This document shows, piece after piece, positions 51,742 to 64,000 of a DNA stretch of 64,000 nucleotides. The stretch lies in assembly GCA_965202585.1 (NCBI GenBank), contig OZ241829.1, forward strand, positions 37,386,001 to 37,450,000. Direction: 5' to 3'. The notes beneath the pieces were generated by a model, which ran no database searches, was not told the origin of the DNA, and worked only from the letters and a program-made list of their open reading frames with translations. A program made the translations under genes and the position numbers. How positions within the stretch are numbered: the stretch's first letter is position 1; the number at the start of each line of letters is the position of its first letter. This DNA is from Thalia democratica. Taxonomy: Eukaryota.

Positions 51742-54700
51742 AGTGTTGATGTTAAAAATTTGTCACATAAATAAAAACAGAAATCTTCAAGGCTTATTAG
51801 ATAAAAACGAACATATAATACTAATTGTACAAACAATCTGTCAAATATACTAAAGCTTTAGTAAACTGATAACAACAATCAATTACAGTTGTATTTGATT
51901 AGTTGTACTGCAACAAACTTTATAAAAATTATAAATTTACTAAAATAATATATAAAATTTTAGTTAAGTAAATCAATAAATCTGTAGAGTTTAAGGGTGT
52001 TTAAATAGTTTCTCAAATTTGATATTTCTAAAGACATAAATTTATATTGTTTATGTATTTTATCATGAATTTATAGAAAAGGGTGAAATTATGCAAAGCT
52101 TTGTTTTGACAATTTTTTACTATAACTTGAACATTTGCAAAAAAATAAAATTTTAATTAGATGTTTAAGATTCTTATTTCAAATATTTAACTTGTAAACA
52201 AAATAGATTTTATTAATAGAAGATAAAATAAAACTTTGTTAAGTATCTTACTTAATGTTTTATTATAAAATACAACTATCTGAAATAATTTATTGATATT
52301 TTTCATTTTGAAATAGCAAACACTACATTTAGCTTTAGTCAATATAAAACTTTACAGTGGGCTGGCATTTGACATTTTTGGTGACTAAAAATTTAAAACA
52401 AGGTTATATGTCCTGGAAAAGGCGTTATAAGGTATCCAAGAGGTGTGCGACTTGATAACTGAAAGGTTCTTTGTGCACCAGGTCCTTAGACCAAATAGTT
52501 TGAGTGCCTTTATTTTGTTTATCAATAAACTATAACAATTATATACATTTTGAAGAGCTGAGTTTAATCTTTTCAAACTATTTGCTTGTATATTTTCTTT
52601 AAGGTTAAAAAAAAGTTATTTTAGTTTTAATTATTTTGCATAGTAAAATGGGTCGTTAGTCAGCTAAAATATGCAAATATAAATATAGTTATTTGGTTTT
52701 TTATAAAAAAATACAATTTTAAGTAGAACTTTTATAATTATATGATGTCACCTTTCTTTAGCATACCAGTATAAAAGATTTTGGATAGCTTTAGTAACAG
52801 CCTTTAGTTATATATAATTATTTGTTGGACAGACTAAAAGTTGTCTTTGAAATTCTACTCTGCCAACCAATCAACATCAAACTGTGAGATTAATCAAATT
52901 ATATAATTTTCTAAATTTTGTTAGATAAACTACTTACTCTAAAGCAGTTATTGCTAAGTTTTTTATAGATAATTTTATACAACTTCTGTAATAAATTAAT
53001 TTTAGTGCACATTTTTAATATTTTTTGTAAACAGTTTTTACTCTATTTAATTTTATTTTGATTTAAAACTTGTAATTTTTCTAAAAATTGAAATTTTATT
53101 GGTTTATTATATAGATGAACTATATTAATTAAGAAAATTTTTGTTACTTGTTAATTATTTGAAGGTGCATAGTATTTAAAAGAGTATTATGAGAAATTCA
53201 CCTAAACACTCTTAACATTTTAATCTAAGGCCGCTTTTTATAATAAAATAGCTATTTAGATCAAACTAGCTTGGAAGGTAGTGGGGCAACCAACTTCTGC
53301 AGGCTGCAACATTATGGTTTTAACATGTAGAGTTAAAAGGTTCACCAAATTCTGGAACAAAATACTCTTTATAAAGATAAATTTTCTAGCTTTTTTGATT
53401 CAAAACAATTTTCAAAAACTAATATCTTAATAGTGTTAAAAACAACCTTCAGAATTAATTTTTTTATGTGCTATTTTACTGATTATATGAGAAGACCTAC
53501 ATATACGAGTGTGAAGCTAGCTTGGTAACGTTTTTCAAGAATTCAAAAAAAAATGTATGGCATTTTAAAAACGACCATAGAATTTCAGAATACCTCGAAT
53601 TTCCTCTTTTTCCATTTTAGTCTCACTTTCTCATAGCATATCTTTCTTATTATTTATTTTAAAACCAAACTTTTTTTTATGTTTATTTGAACGTTTCTTT
53701 GACTTTCAAACAAAGTAAAAGAAAAATTTTATTGGGGCTTACTTTTGAAGCAGCGGCCCTTTGAAAAAATGGTCTTTTTAGCATTATTTTTCCGTTTGCA
53801 GTAGAAATACCAAAAAAAAAAAAAATTATAACAATTTTTTTTTTTTTAATTAAAGGTCTTTATATTATCTCAAAGTTATATATAATTTTTTTTTTAATTT
53901 CAAATTAAAATAATAGATCTGGGCAAAAATATGTTTTCGTGTTTTAGCAGCACTTAGGACAACACTATTGTTTTGCCATATTGTGACAAAAATATCGAAG
54001 ATATTCTCTTTTTTTTTATTTATTCTTGCTAATTAAGGTTTAATTAATAGGTTATTGTTTTATTTTTTTTCTTAACCTGTTGTACTTTGTTTAGTACGAC
54101 CCCTAAAAATTTACCTTTTTATAAAATATCACTGTTTTTCATCTGATGATTATTCCACAAATAAGTCACTGATTCGACAAAAGTTTGTGACGCTAAAGAG
54201 CAAAAAAGGTTTTCTAATTTTTTAAATTATAACGAAAGCAGGGACGAAAATATGCTATAACACTAAAAAATCAAAGAAATGTTAACTAAAAATCTTAAAT
54301 AACTTTATTTAAAAATACACTTGCGAATTTCGAATGTTAGAAGGATTTTAAAAATATTTGTGCGCTTTTATGCTGATTAATGAACTGATTTAAGTTATAA
54401 TTTTGTTAGTTCTTTTTTTTTGTTTTTTGAATAAAAACCGATAAGTGTTATTGATTTTTTTCATAAATACTAATAAAAAACAAATTTTTAAACAAGTAAT
54501 TAAAAAGGAACGTACTCTTAGTTAAAAAATTATATAAAAATCAATAGTGAATGATCTTAAATAGTTAAACTCAGAAAAAAAATAAGAAAAAAAAAAATTA
54601 AAGATATAGAATAAGACATTATAACTTAATTATTTTCACCTAAAATAATTACATTAAATATAGTTTGTATTTAAAATGAACATAAAAACATCGTTAATAC

Positions 54701-55189
54701 GTCAAACAAATATCAACTTTTTAAATGTAAATATCAAAATTTTTTTATCAGATATTATTCTCTAACAATTTTTTTTCATTTATAAGTTAAGCTGTTTTCA
54801 TGGAAAAAACTTAGCGATAACAAAAAATTTTAGTATAAATTAGGACAACAACGTTTAAAAAAAAAATTGAATTGAGGTCTTTTTACATAAAAAACAAAAA
54901 AATAAAAATCAATCAGGTTTTTCATATAAACGTACATATAATATAATTTTTTGACGAAAAAAACGCATAAGTAAATTTGTATAACAAAATAGGTGAATAA
55001 AATAGCGTGAATTATACTTGAATAAACGTAATAACTAAATAAATTCATTTGTCGATTTAGACTTTTTATTATGTTTACAAAATAGGTTCATAATTGATTA
55101 TACTAACATATTTTTATTGATTTAACAATTAAGAATATATTTCAATTTATGTTCTTCATTTTAGTTTTGTTATCCTTTGTTATTATATC

Positions 55190-55870
55190 CTAATAAATGT
55201 TAGTCATATAATAACAAGTATATATACGTTTTTAGTTTAACTTTGAATAAATTAAAATACATAAATTTAAAAAAGCTTTATAATATTAAAACTATAAAAA
55301 TTGGTAAATTTTAGTTTATGTTCTTTATTTTATTTTTATTATCCTTAGTTACTATATCCTAATTAATGTTAGTCGTATATTAACAAATGAAATTAATATT
55401 TTAATACAAATTAATGCTTTGAAATAGTTATTGAAGCTAATAAAAATATAATAGAGGTCTTTATACTAAAACATTTATAGTATATTACATTTAGTGAGAA
55501 GAACAACAAAATTATTTAATAAACCAGCCTCTTCAAATTTTGTATCATAATTAATGTTTGTCCTATGATAACAAGTATATATACTTTTTTAGTTTAGTTA
55601 TAAATAAAATTCAATACATAAATTTTAAAACATAAAAAACATAAAAAAATAAAAAATTGGTAAATTTCTAGTTTATGTTCTTGGTTTTATTTTTATTATC
55701 CATATTTATTATTTCCTAATTAATGTTAGTCCTATATTAACAAGTATATACACTTTTTTAATATCAATTAATGCTTTGAAATAGTTATTGAAGCTAATAA
55801 AACTGTTATATAGGTCTTTCTTCGAGAAGTACAACAAAATTATTTAACAAACCAGCCGCTTCAAGATTTG
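55190..55870 (+). repeat. Subterminal ~350-bp tandem duplication inside the MULE element
   Basis: Blocks such as aaaaattggtaaattt..agtttatgttct, ttaatgctttgaaatagttattgaagctaataaaa and gagaag.acaacaaaattatttaa.aaaccagcc occur twice about 360 bp apart. The shorter taatgttagtc.tatattaacaagtatata unit occurs about four times. Confidence 0.75.
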
Positions 55871-56085
55871 CAAAACACAAATTATTGATTAGGGAATTTC
55901 CCATCCAGTTTCTAATGACACTTTTTTCAAATTTAAAATGTCATAGTGGCTGTATTTAACTTATCAAAAGGCATTAAAATTATTATCATTTTTCATATTA
56001 TTATTACAATTAATTCAATCACAGCTGCTTTAAAATTTATTCTTATTAGTTAATTTACTTTTACTTACATTAAATTATTTAAAAC

Positions 56086-58599
56086 ATGCCATTTCAAAAA
56101 ATAAAGAGAGGAAGAAAAGGAGAAAGTCCAATTGAGTTAGAGAAAATATGCAAATCCCTTATTGAAACTAAATATTTTAATAATTTAAAAACCCTTCCTG
56201 TGGGTGAATGTTATAAGCTAGTAGCCTTTAATTATTATAATTTGGATTTAAATGTACAACCCTCAAAATTAAAAATACTAATTAATAGAGTAAAATCTTT
56301 TTTATACAATAAAAATAAAGAAGTCTTTGCTGAACTCAGCAAAGACTTTGATGGTCCGAACTTAGTTATTCCTAAAAGTTTTAATATTCAATTCAAATTT
56401 CACGAAATTTTTTTGGTTAATAATATTTTTGATAAAAACTTGTGTGTAAATGTAAATAGAACTTTTTCCAAAATTAATAATTTATGTAATCTTGTAGTTT
56501 ATAGTAAATATACTAAAGAATCTTATCCCTTAGCTATTATTAATTTTCATTGTTGTTATAAAGGTTGCCCAGCAACCTATAAATTTAGTTTGATTAATTC
56601 TAACTTATTATCAGATACAGATTTAGTTTTTAAAGTAGATCAAACCGGTAACATATTACATAATAAAGTATTTCAAAAACAATTTAAGAAAAAGTTAGTT
56701 CTTAAAAATTTAACAATAGAAGCTAAAAACAATTTAAGACAACAGCTGTCAGAAGCTAAAAACCCTAGCCAGGTTTATTATAGTTTGCTTGAAAAGCGTC
56801 GACTAGAGGAACTTTCAGGCAAGCATACAGAGAAAGCTAAACAAAGCGATTTCATTTCTAAACAGCAACTTTGTAGCCTTAAGAGTGACCACCTTAAAAA
56901 ATCTAAGTTAGATAAGGACCCTTTTTTAGAAATAATTAAATTCAAAAAGCTACAAGAATTAAATACAATTAAATTTATAAGAGAAATATGTCACACACCT
57001 CTAAGGTTGTGTCTGGTACATCAAGATGCATTTAAATGTATCAAACAAGAAATAAAGCATAAAAAGTTTTTATCTTTGCATCTTGATTGTACTGGAAGTC
57101 TATTAAATAAATTTCAAGAAAAACAACCATTTTATTACTCTGTATGCTTGCCTAGTGTTAATGTTTCTTCCCAGGTTTGTCCTCAAGTGAGTGTGGCAGA
57201 TGCCATACTCACTGACCATTCAACGCATTCTATAAAAACTTGGCTAGGGAAATTCTTACAATTACTTGATTTAAATTTACGAAGTTCCCACCTCGTTCAA
57301 AAAATCGAGGTGGACTTCTCATGGGCCTTTGTACATGCCTCAACTGAGATTTTCAATAAATGTGACCTTAAGTCATATTTACAAAGATCATTTGAGGTAT
57401 GTACAAAGGTCAAAGAAGTTTCTGATTTTTCGTTTTTTACTATAATACACTTATGTAGTAGCCATTTAATAAAATCCATATCAACTAATCTAAGTAAGGT
57501 AACCAAAAAAAAAATTATTAAAAATAAATTTTTATTTTGTTTTGCAAGGCTACAAAATTGCACTGATTTAGTAAATGCCAAAAAATTTTATTACCATGTA
57601 GCAGTTGTTTTTCTTTCAGAATTTGAATCTAAACATTTTTTAGAAAGTTTAAATGAAATAAATAAGCAAATTAATAATCCAACATTAAATTTAAATGACT
57701 TAAAAATTGATATTGATAGTACAACTGTTGAAAATAACAATTTTTATTCAAATTTTGAGGTAGGGTTGTGCAAAGGGTCACCTTTTTATTATTATTTCCA
57801 GTCAGTGCATTTTGTGGCTGAGCAGACAGCTAAAATACATAGCAATGGTAAACGTAATATTTTATACTGCCCATCAATTTTTAATTTTATGTTATACAAG
57901 TATATGCCAATTTTTTCACTATGGTCGGGTGTACACATGGTTAATATAAATAAAACCAGAGACACCAACGGCCATGTGGAAAATTGGTTTAGAGTAATTA
58001 AACATTCCATTTTTGAAAACAAACGGTACAACCTAAAAAATTTTATTGAAATTCTATATAATGCCTTAACTACACGTTTATATGAAAGGCTAGCCTTTTA
58101 TAATGATTACATGCAGGAGTCAACGTCTGTAAGAAAAAGAAAAATAACAAAAGTTATTCGATCAAGACCGTTGGATGAACAAACTTGTTTATCCATTGTT
58201 CAGGAAAACTGGAGCAAAAAGCGATGTGTGACTCCTGCATTAAAGCCTATTAAAACTAAGTATTATATAGCTCCAAAAACTAAACCGGTTTATCAAAAAC
58301 TAGAGTTGGACAAAAATTTCTTTGATTGCATTCACAATGACCATAATTATTGTGCTAACAGGAATTACAGCAAACAGTTTTACAATGTAATTAAAATTTA
58401 TAATAATAGCCTGAAAAAATTAGATAGTGAAATAATTAGGACAATAGGTTCCTATTGTCCTAAAGGTAAAGATATAAAAACACTACAAGGGGAACAGTGG
58501 TTAAATGACGAAATTATAAACTCATATTTTCAATTAATTGTTAAGAATAATGTTAAATATACTGCTGTTATATTTATTATTATAATTATATGTTTATAA
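56086..58599 (+). CDS. MULE/NOF-like DDE transposase (837 aa) with a C-terminal partial Ulp1-type peptidase motif
   Basis: Uninterrupted ORF. N-terminal C-x4-C Zn-finger-like segment (CCYKGCPATYKF..H). MULE catalytic motifs LHLDCTGS, EVDFSWA, IHLCSSHLIK (CxxH) and RDTNGHVENWFRVIK. Ends with DIKTLQGEQWLNDEIINSYFQLI. Confidence 0.85.
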   Translation: MPFQKIKRGRKGESPIELEKICKSLIETKYFNNLKTLPVGECYKLVAFNYYNLDLNVQPSKLKILINRVKSFLYNKNKEVFAELSKDFDGPNLVIPKSFNIQFKFHEIFLVNNIFDKNLCVNVNRTFSKINNLCNLVVYSKYTKESYPLAIINFHCCYKGCPATYKFSLINSNLLSDTDLVFKVDQTGNILHNKVFQKQFKKKLVLKNLTIEAKNNLRQQLSEAKNPSQVYYSLLEKRRLEELSGKHTEKAKQSDFISKQQLCSLKSDHLKKSKLDKDPFLEIIKFKKLQELNTIKFIREICHTPLRLCLVHQDAFKCIKQEIKHKKFLSLHLDCTGSLLNKFQEKQPFYYSVCLPSVNVSSQVCPQVSVADAILTDHSTHSIKTWLGKFLQLLDLNLRSSHLVQKIEVDFSWAFVHASTEIFNKCDLKSYLQRSFEVCTKVKEVSDFSFFTIIHLCSSHLIKSISTNLSKVTKKKIIKNKFLFCFARLQNCTDLVNAKKFYYHVAVVFLSEFESKHFLESLNEINKQINNPTLNLNDLKIDIDSTTVENNNFYSNFEVGLCKGSPFYYYFQSVHFVAEQTAKIHSNGKRNILYCPSIFNFMLYKYMPIFSLWSGVHMVNINKTRDTNGHVENWFRVIKHSIFENKRYNLKNFIEILYNALTTRLYERLAFYNDYMQESTSVRKRKITKVIRSRPLDEQTCLSIVQENWSKKRCVTPALKPIKTKYYIAPKTKPVYQKLELDKNFFDCIHNDHNYCANRNYSKQFYNVIKIYNNSLKKLDSEIIRTIGSYCPKGKDIKTLQGEQWLNDEIINSYFQLIVKNNVKYTAVIFIIIIICL

Positions 58600-61500
58600 A
58601 ATTGTTAACAAACTTTGTTGTATGCACATGACTAAGTTGTCTAAATGGTGATATAACACCATTAGAGTCTTATTCAGGAGTATGCTAACAAATAAATCAA
58701 GCTTGACAAGTATGATAACCAAATAATAAATACTTATGTCTATAATTTTATAAAGGCCATAGGCTGGAGGGGGGAATAAACATATTTTTTGATAAAAATT
58801 AATTTGGGCATATATCATAGCTTTGAGTATAAACGGCAAGTAAATTTCATGTAATTTTAGGTTTTGTAATAAAATTTATTTAAATTGTGGTTGTGATGTG
58901 ACAAAACAAAATGTTTGTACTCTAACAATGTTTTACATAAAAAAACAAAGTTATGAACACAATGAATCCTGAATTATCTAGTAATCTAACCAAAAAAAAA
59001 TATATCTCATTTTAAATCTTAAGGTCAAAGGGGGAGAGGTATTATTTAGTCTCGATATTGGTCATAAATCATTAGTCTTTTAGAAAGTATTACCAGTGTA
59101 ACAAACTAATGTAAACTAATAGAATAATTTTTCATGGATTTAATTATTTTAACTTTTAACAATTACAACCAAAGTCCATTTTTAATTTAATAGGATGATG
59201 TCCACAATATCAAGCCTAAATTAAATTGTATTTGATTTATTTTTTTAATCTTGCACCAATATAGACCTGAAATTTTATTATATTTGATAATTTGTTTTAT
59301 AACTTACAACTAGAATCTGTCATTAGCAAATAATTGGGAAATTACCTAATTAGCGACTTATTTGTGGAATAATCAGCAGAAAAACACTGAAATTTTATAA
59401 AAAGGTTAACTTTTAGGGGTCGTACTAAACAAAGTACAACAGGTTAAGAAAAAAAATAAAACAATAACCTATTAATTAAACCTTAATTAGCAAGAATAAA
59501 TAAAAAAAAAGAGAATATCTTTGATATTTTTCTCTCAATAAGGCAAAACAATATTGTTGTCCTAAGTGCTGCTAAAACACAAAAACATATTTTTGCCCAG
59601 ATCTTTCATTTTAAGTTGAAATTTAAAAAAAAATTATATATAACTTTGAGATAATATAAAGACCTTTAATTAAAAAAAAAAAAATTGTTATAATTTTTTT
59701 TTTTTTTGGTATTTCTACTGCAAACGGAAAAATAATGCTAAAAAGACCATTTTTTCAAAGGGCCGCTGCTTCAAAAGTAAGCCCCAATAAAATTTTTCTT
59801 TTACTTTGTTTGAAAGTCAAAGAAACGTTCAACTAAACATAAAAAAAAGTTTGGTTTTAAAATAAATAATAAGAAAGATATGCTATGAGAAAGTGAGACT
59901 AAAATGGAAAAAGAGAAAAATTGAGGTATTCTGAAAATCTATGGTCGTATTTTAAAAATAGTATATTATAGCATTTGTTAGCAACATGAGCACATGTTAC
60001 TTTCTGTACGTTTTATAAATTTAACATTTGGTAATTTCAAAATGTATGCATATTCAGTAACAAACGTTTTTGTTCTAAAACAGGAGACTGCAAACTACCG
60101 TCAGCGGGCCACATACAACTGAACTGACTAAGCTTAAATATCGGATCCATGGAAATTTGTTTAGCTTAAATTTATTGAACAAAACTTTAAGTGACACATA
60201 AAAATTCGCTTATTTTAAAAGTTTTTAAAACAAACTTGAATAAACAATAGAGTTGAGCTTTTTAATGATCATTTTTCAAAAATTTACTATAATAAAGCGT
60301 TTAAATTTTCAGCAAAATTTTCCAAAAGCGACCTGTGAATATTTTTTTCTTACCCATCTGGCTCGCGTAAATTATTTTCTAACAAAACTGGTACATTAAA
60401 AATATAAACCTTCCGACCGATTTTATAAAACAAACTTAGTTTTAATTCTATTTTAATGTTTAATTCATATTATAAACTAAAATTACAAATGCGGTACACT
60501 ACTTTAAATAAAAACAAATTAAGACATAAATGTAGACATGCACAATGATGATTTTTAGTATAAAAAGAATTACCGTAAGTAATTGTCATCTAAATACTTT
60601 AATAGAAATAATTTTAATATTAAAAAAAAAAGAAAACAACTTAAAGATAAAAATAACAGTTTTAGTTTTTACAATTAATGCATAACTTTAATCGTTAAAA
60701 AAAGAATAGTATAATGTACAACCTGATGTTTTTTTACTTTAAAAAATCAGTATGCCTTAAAGGCTGACTTTTGTCTTTGCATAATGCTTAAAGCAAAAAC
60801 TGCAAAACCATTCTAAACCTCAAATTTACTTTAAAATCAGTAGTTTTCTTAAGCTTTTTAACAATTAAAACTAGTATCATTATACGTTTTTGGTTTTTGT
60901 AGAATATGTTGATAAAAATTCTATAAAATTGTTAGTGCAAGAGCAAATTTTTGTAAATGACATTTATTAAAAATGTTTTGATAAACAATCAAAATACTAT
61001 TATTTTGTTAATTATTACTATTATATTTCTTTGGACGAAAAAAATGAAGCTCAAAATATTGGTCCCAGGTCCTGGTGTACAATAAATCTTTTCGGTTATC
61101 GAGTTGCACACCACGGATACCTTTTATACCTTTTCCAGACTCCAGGACAGTAAATTAAGACTTTTTCTTAACTTTTTCAGCATGTGTTTCAAAAAAAATA
61201 AAACTTATAAAATATTTTACCCCTTCTTAATAACTTCTGAATTTTGTACCGAATTTTAACTTTTAAGCTCGAAAAGTATATAATTAAAGTTTACTTAAAC
61301 CAAAATTCCAAAAGCTGTGTCATAAAACTAAAACATTCTACGATAATAATATTTAAAAGTGTATATCTCCAGCAGTAGAATATTAGTACATAGGTGTTTA
61401 TGTTTTATGCTTATCGCAATCTAAATTTAAAAAAGAAACAATAAATAGGTTTTATTTTATTCTGTTTACAGAGTTTACGGTCATTAATTATTAAATGCTG

Positions 61501-64000
61501 AAATATTTTAGATTCAAGTTTGATTTCATTCTAACAGCCTTATTTTTGGTATATAACTTTAGAATCTATAAAAGTGTAAGACTTAAATCTTGAATTTTTT
61601 AATTTTTAGACTAGTAATATCTACTTGAAAATACTTTTTATCAATAACTTATAATTTCAATACTTTTTTCTATATAAAAATAAAAAAAACTAAGGTATTC
61701 GTTTACTTTATTTTTAATTTAACCAATATGTATTTCGACCATCATCAACAAAACTGAGATGTTTTGCGCCATCAATAATAAATGATAAACTTCACCACAC
61801 GACCAACGACAACAGCATTCGAGACAACCTCAAAAAAAACTTTGTTTTTGTACTCAGGAATCCCTTGAATTGATCATTTTAGTATATTTTTTTTCATTAA
61901 GAGATCTTAATAGTGTAATTTACTAAAACTAAGTCGCAGCCACTAGCCAGCAATGGTATTTTGTATAGAGTTCGGCTCGCCAACGAAAAACTTTGCCCGA
62001 CCATATATTGTATATAAAGACAAAAAAGTACATAACATATTTGTGTTGTACGCTAGGTATAATCTAAATATTTATCGTGAAAAAATTTAAACGGGCAGAA
62101 GAATTTTACTACTTAATGATAAAACATATTTTATATTATTTGAATAATAAGTCTTAAAATTAAAACAGTTTTTTAAACACGAAAAAAGAAATGCTCAAAA
62201 ATGTGATCTAAGGAAATGGTGTAAAAAAGACTTTTCAGTCATAAAGTCATACACCACAAACTAATATCAACTTTTTAGAGTTAAAAATAATAACTTTAAA
62301 ACTTCAAGGAAAGAAAATCATACAATAAAAAAATTTAATTAGTTACAACTTTACATAAAAAGGCATTTAAATAGTGAACAAAAAATTTCCAAAAAATATG
62401 AACGCAGCTATTTTAACTTACTAGAATTTTCAAACAACATATAAGAAAAATAAGTAAGTAATCATCAAAGTGACTTTATATCAGAGATTTTTATTTTTAA
62501 TGCATATTATCTTCAAAAAAATTTTATTCAACTGATAAAATTCTTTTTTATAACGAGTTCTTAAGGTTTTAATAATAGAACTGTTTGTTTTAATTTTATT
62601 TGAGGTTTTACAAATATTATGACTAAATTAAAATTATGCATATAAAATTAAAAGGTTTTAGATCTAAATTAATTTGGGACTTTACTTTGAACTTCGACAG
62701 ACAAAAACTATGATAGTAAATATTAAAATTTTTTAGTTTCAATCTTGTTATATACCAATAAAGTAATTCGAATATCCGACAAAATTCATTATAATTGCTT
62801 AATTCATCAATAATAAGTGCATTAAACTAAATAAAATTACTATAAATATATTGCAGGTCTTTCACAAAAAGAAAAAAAAAATTGTAAATATAATTTAATT
62901 GTTCCAAAACATTTTCAAAATCTAGCTAATAAATATTTAAAGCTTGAAAATCGAAAGTTAATGTTATATAAAAACTTTAAGCAATAGTTCTAACTAAAAA
63001 AATCAAAAATAAGTTATTGGTCATGAGAAGTTTTAAAAAACTTTTAACACATACTTTCTAAATTAAACGCTGTAAAAGTTTTACTCGTTTTATTAACATT
63101 TTTTAAGCCTTTTACAAATTGAAATTATCTATCTGTTTATTTATTGCCTTATAATCTTGACAAGTATAGTTTTAAGTTTATTTTATTCTTAAAGTGAGCA
63201 AACTAATATTAGTTGATTTTTCTAATCTAAAAGTTATATAAAAGTTGTTTTTTATATACATTCGTCCTAAGTTAGAATACAATAACACAATCTGGTCTAT
63301 ATACTTTTAAAAATATATTTACCATACAAAATTTCTTCAGAGAAAAGTTACTAGAGTAGTTTTAACCGCTGCAATATCTCTTATACATCTTACCTTGATA
63401 GACTAACAAAACTTAATATTAAATCATTTAAATTTAGAAGACTTTTTTTTAAATTAATTAACGGCTAAACTACAACTAATTTACAATCCATACTTGAAGC
63501 TTAGACAAAAACAAGTATTTTCTGAGAGGAAGTAACAAAAGACTTACATGCAGACATCATTTTAATAATGATATTTGGCATATTTTTTTTTGTCTTTTAG
63601 TTGAAATTTTAAACAAGCATCTAAATAAATTAGTTTCTTGCAATTTCAATAATTTTGATTAAAGTTATTAGAAAAATTTAAATATTTATCAGTAAAACTT
63701 ATAAATAAGTTGTTTTATTTTTCATCATTTAATTTTTAAATTTGGTTTAGTCTATAGCTTGATATAATTTGTCCGCAGCGCCTTTCCCTTATAAATAATT
63801 CATTTTTCAATTTTACCCACAAATGGTCGCTTTAGTACTTTGTGCTTAAGCACGCTTGTTTGATATCACAATGGCGGTTTTTCGCAACTATCCCTGCCTG
63901 ATAAGACTCAATTAGGACGAAACCGGTCGTAGAATTGTCTCGGATGCTGTTGTAATTGATCTTGCGGTAAAGTTCATTGTTCATTATCGATGGCATAAAA

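Larger units (their letters stand above)
53571..59948 (+). mobile_element. Full-length Mutator-superfamily (NOF-FB/Phantom-like) DNA transposon with long TIRs
   Basis: TIRs 53571-~54108 and ~59411-59948 (5'-ACGACCATAGA...), about 97% identical by eye. Perfect 9-bp TSD ATTTTAAAA at 53562-53570 and 59949-59957. Contains an internal transposase ORF. Confidence 0.9.

Noticed and set aside
58594-58839. Convergent minus-strand 81-aa ORF in the MULE, as a candidate second gene (mudrB-like)
   Set aside because: Hydrophobic, AT-driven composition, with no splice-supported extension or motif.
60082-60400. Possible hAT MITE fragments (also ~16640-16900, 17330-17390, 33990-34060, 35845-36104 and 46648-46695)
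   Set aside because: Terminal-like motifs are present, but ends and TSDs could not be defined, so they are not listed as features.

Overview
Very AT-rich, intron-containing eukaryotic DNA, most consistent with an invertebrate animal; the species cannot be called from the sequence. Four host genes were reconstructed by hand, all on the minus strand: a 2-exon NEPRO/RMP64-like gene (561-2180), a 4-exon OCIAD1-like gene (2786-11168), an hnRNP K-like gene with a single coding exon, only two KH domains and a long RGG/low-complexity tail (21629-22903), and a 17-exon WD40-repeat gene of about 817 aa (34676-51741). The rest is mostly transposon-derived. The most striking element is a young 6.4-kb Mutator/NOF-FB-like element (53571-59948) with ~540-bp TIRs, a perfect 9-bp TSD and an uninterrupted 837-aa transposase ORF that ends in the start of a Ulp1/SENP-type peptidase domain. 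Also present are hAT elements with 8-bp TSDs, a CAGGGTTGCC MITE family with 6-bp TSDs, a 1.36-kb nested palindrome, Gypsy, CR1-like and Penelope remnants, and an unclassified ~130-bp hairpin-bearing dispersed repeat. All coordinates and alignments were done by eye; no database search was run. No rRNA, tRNA or CRISPR was recognised.
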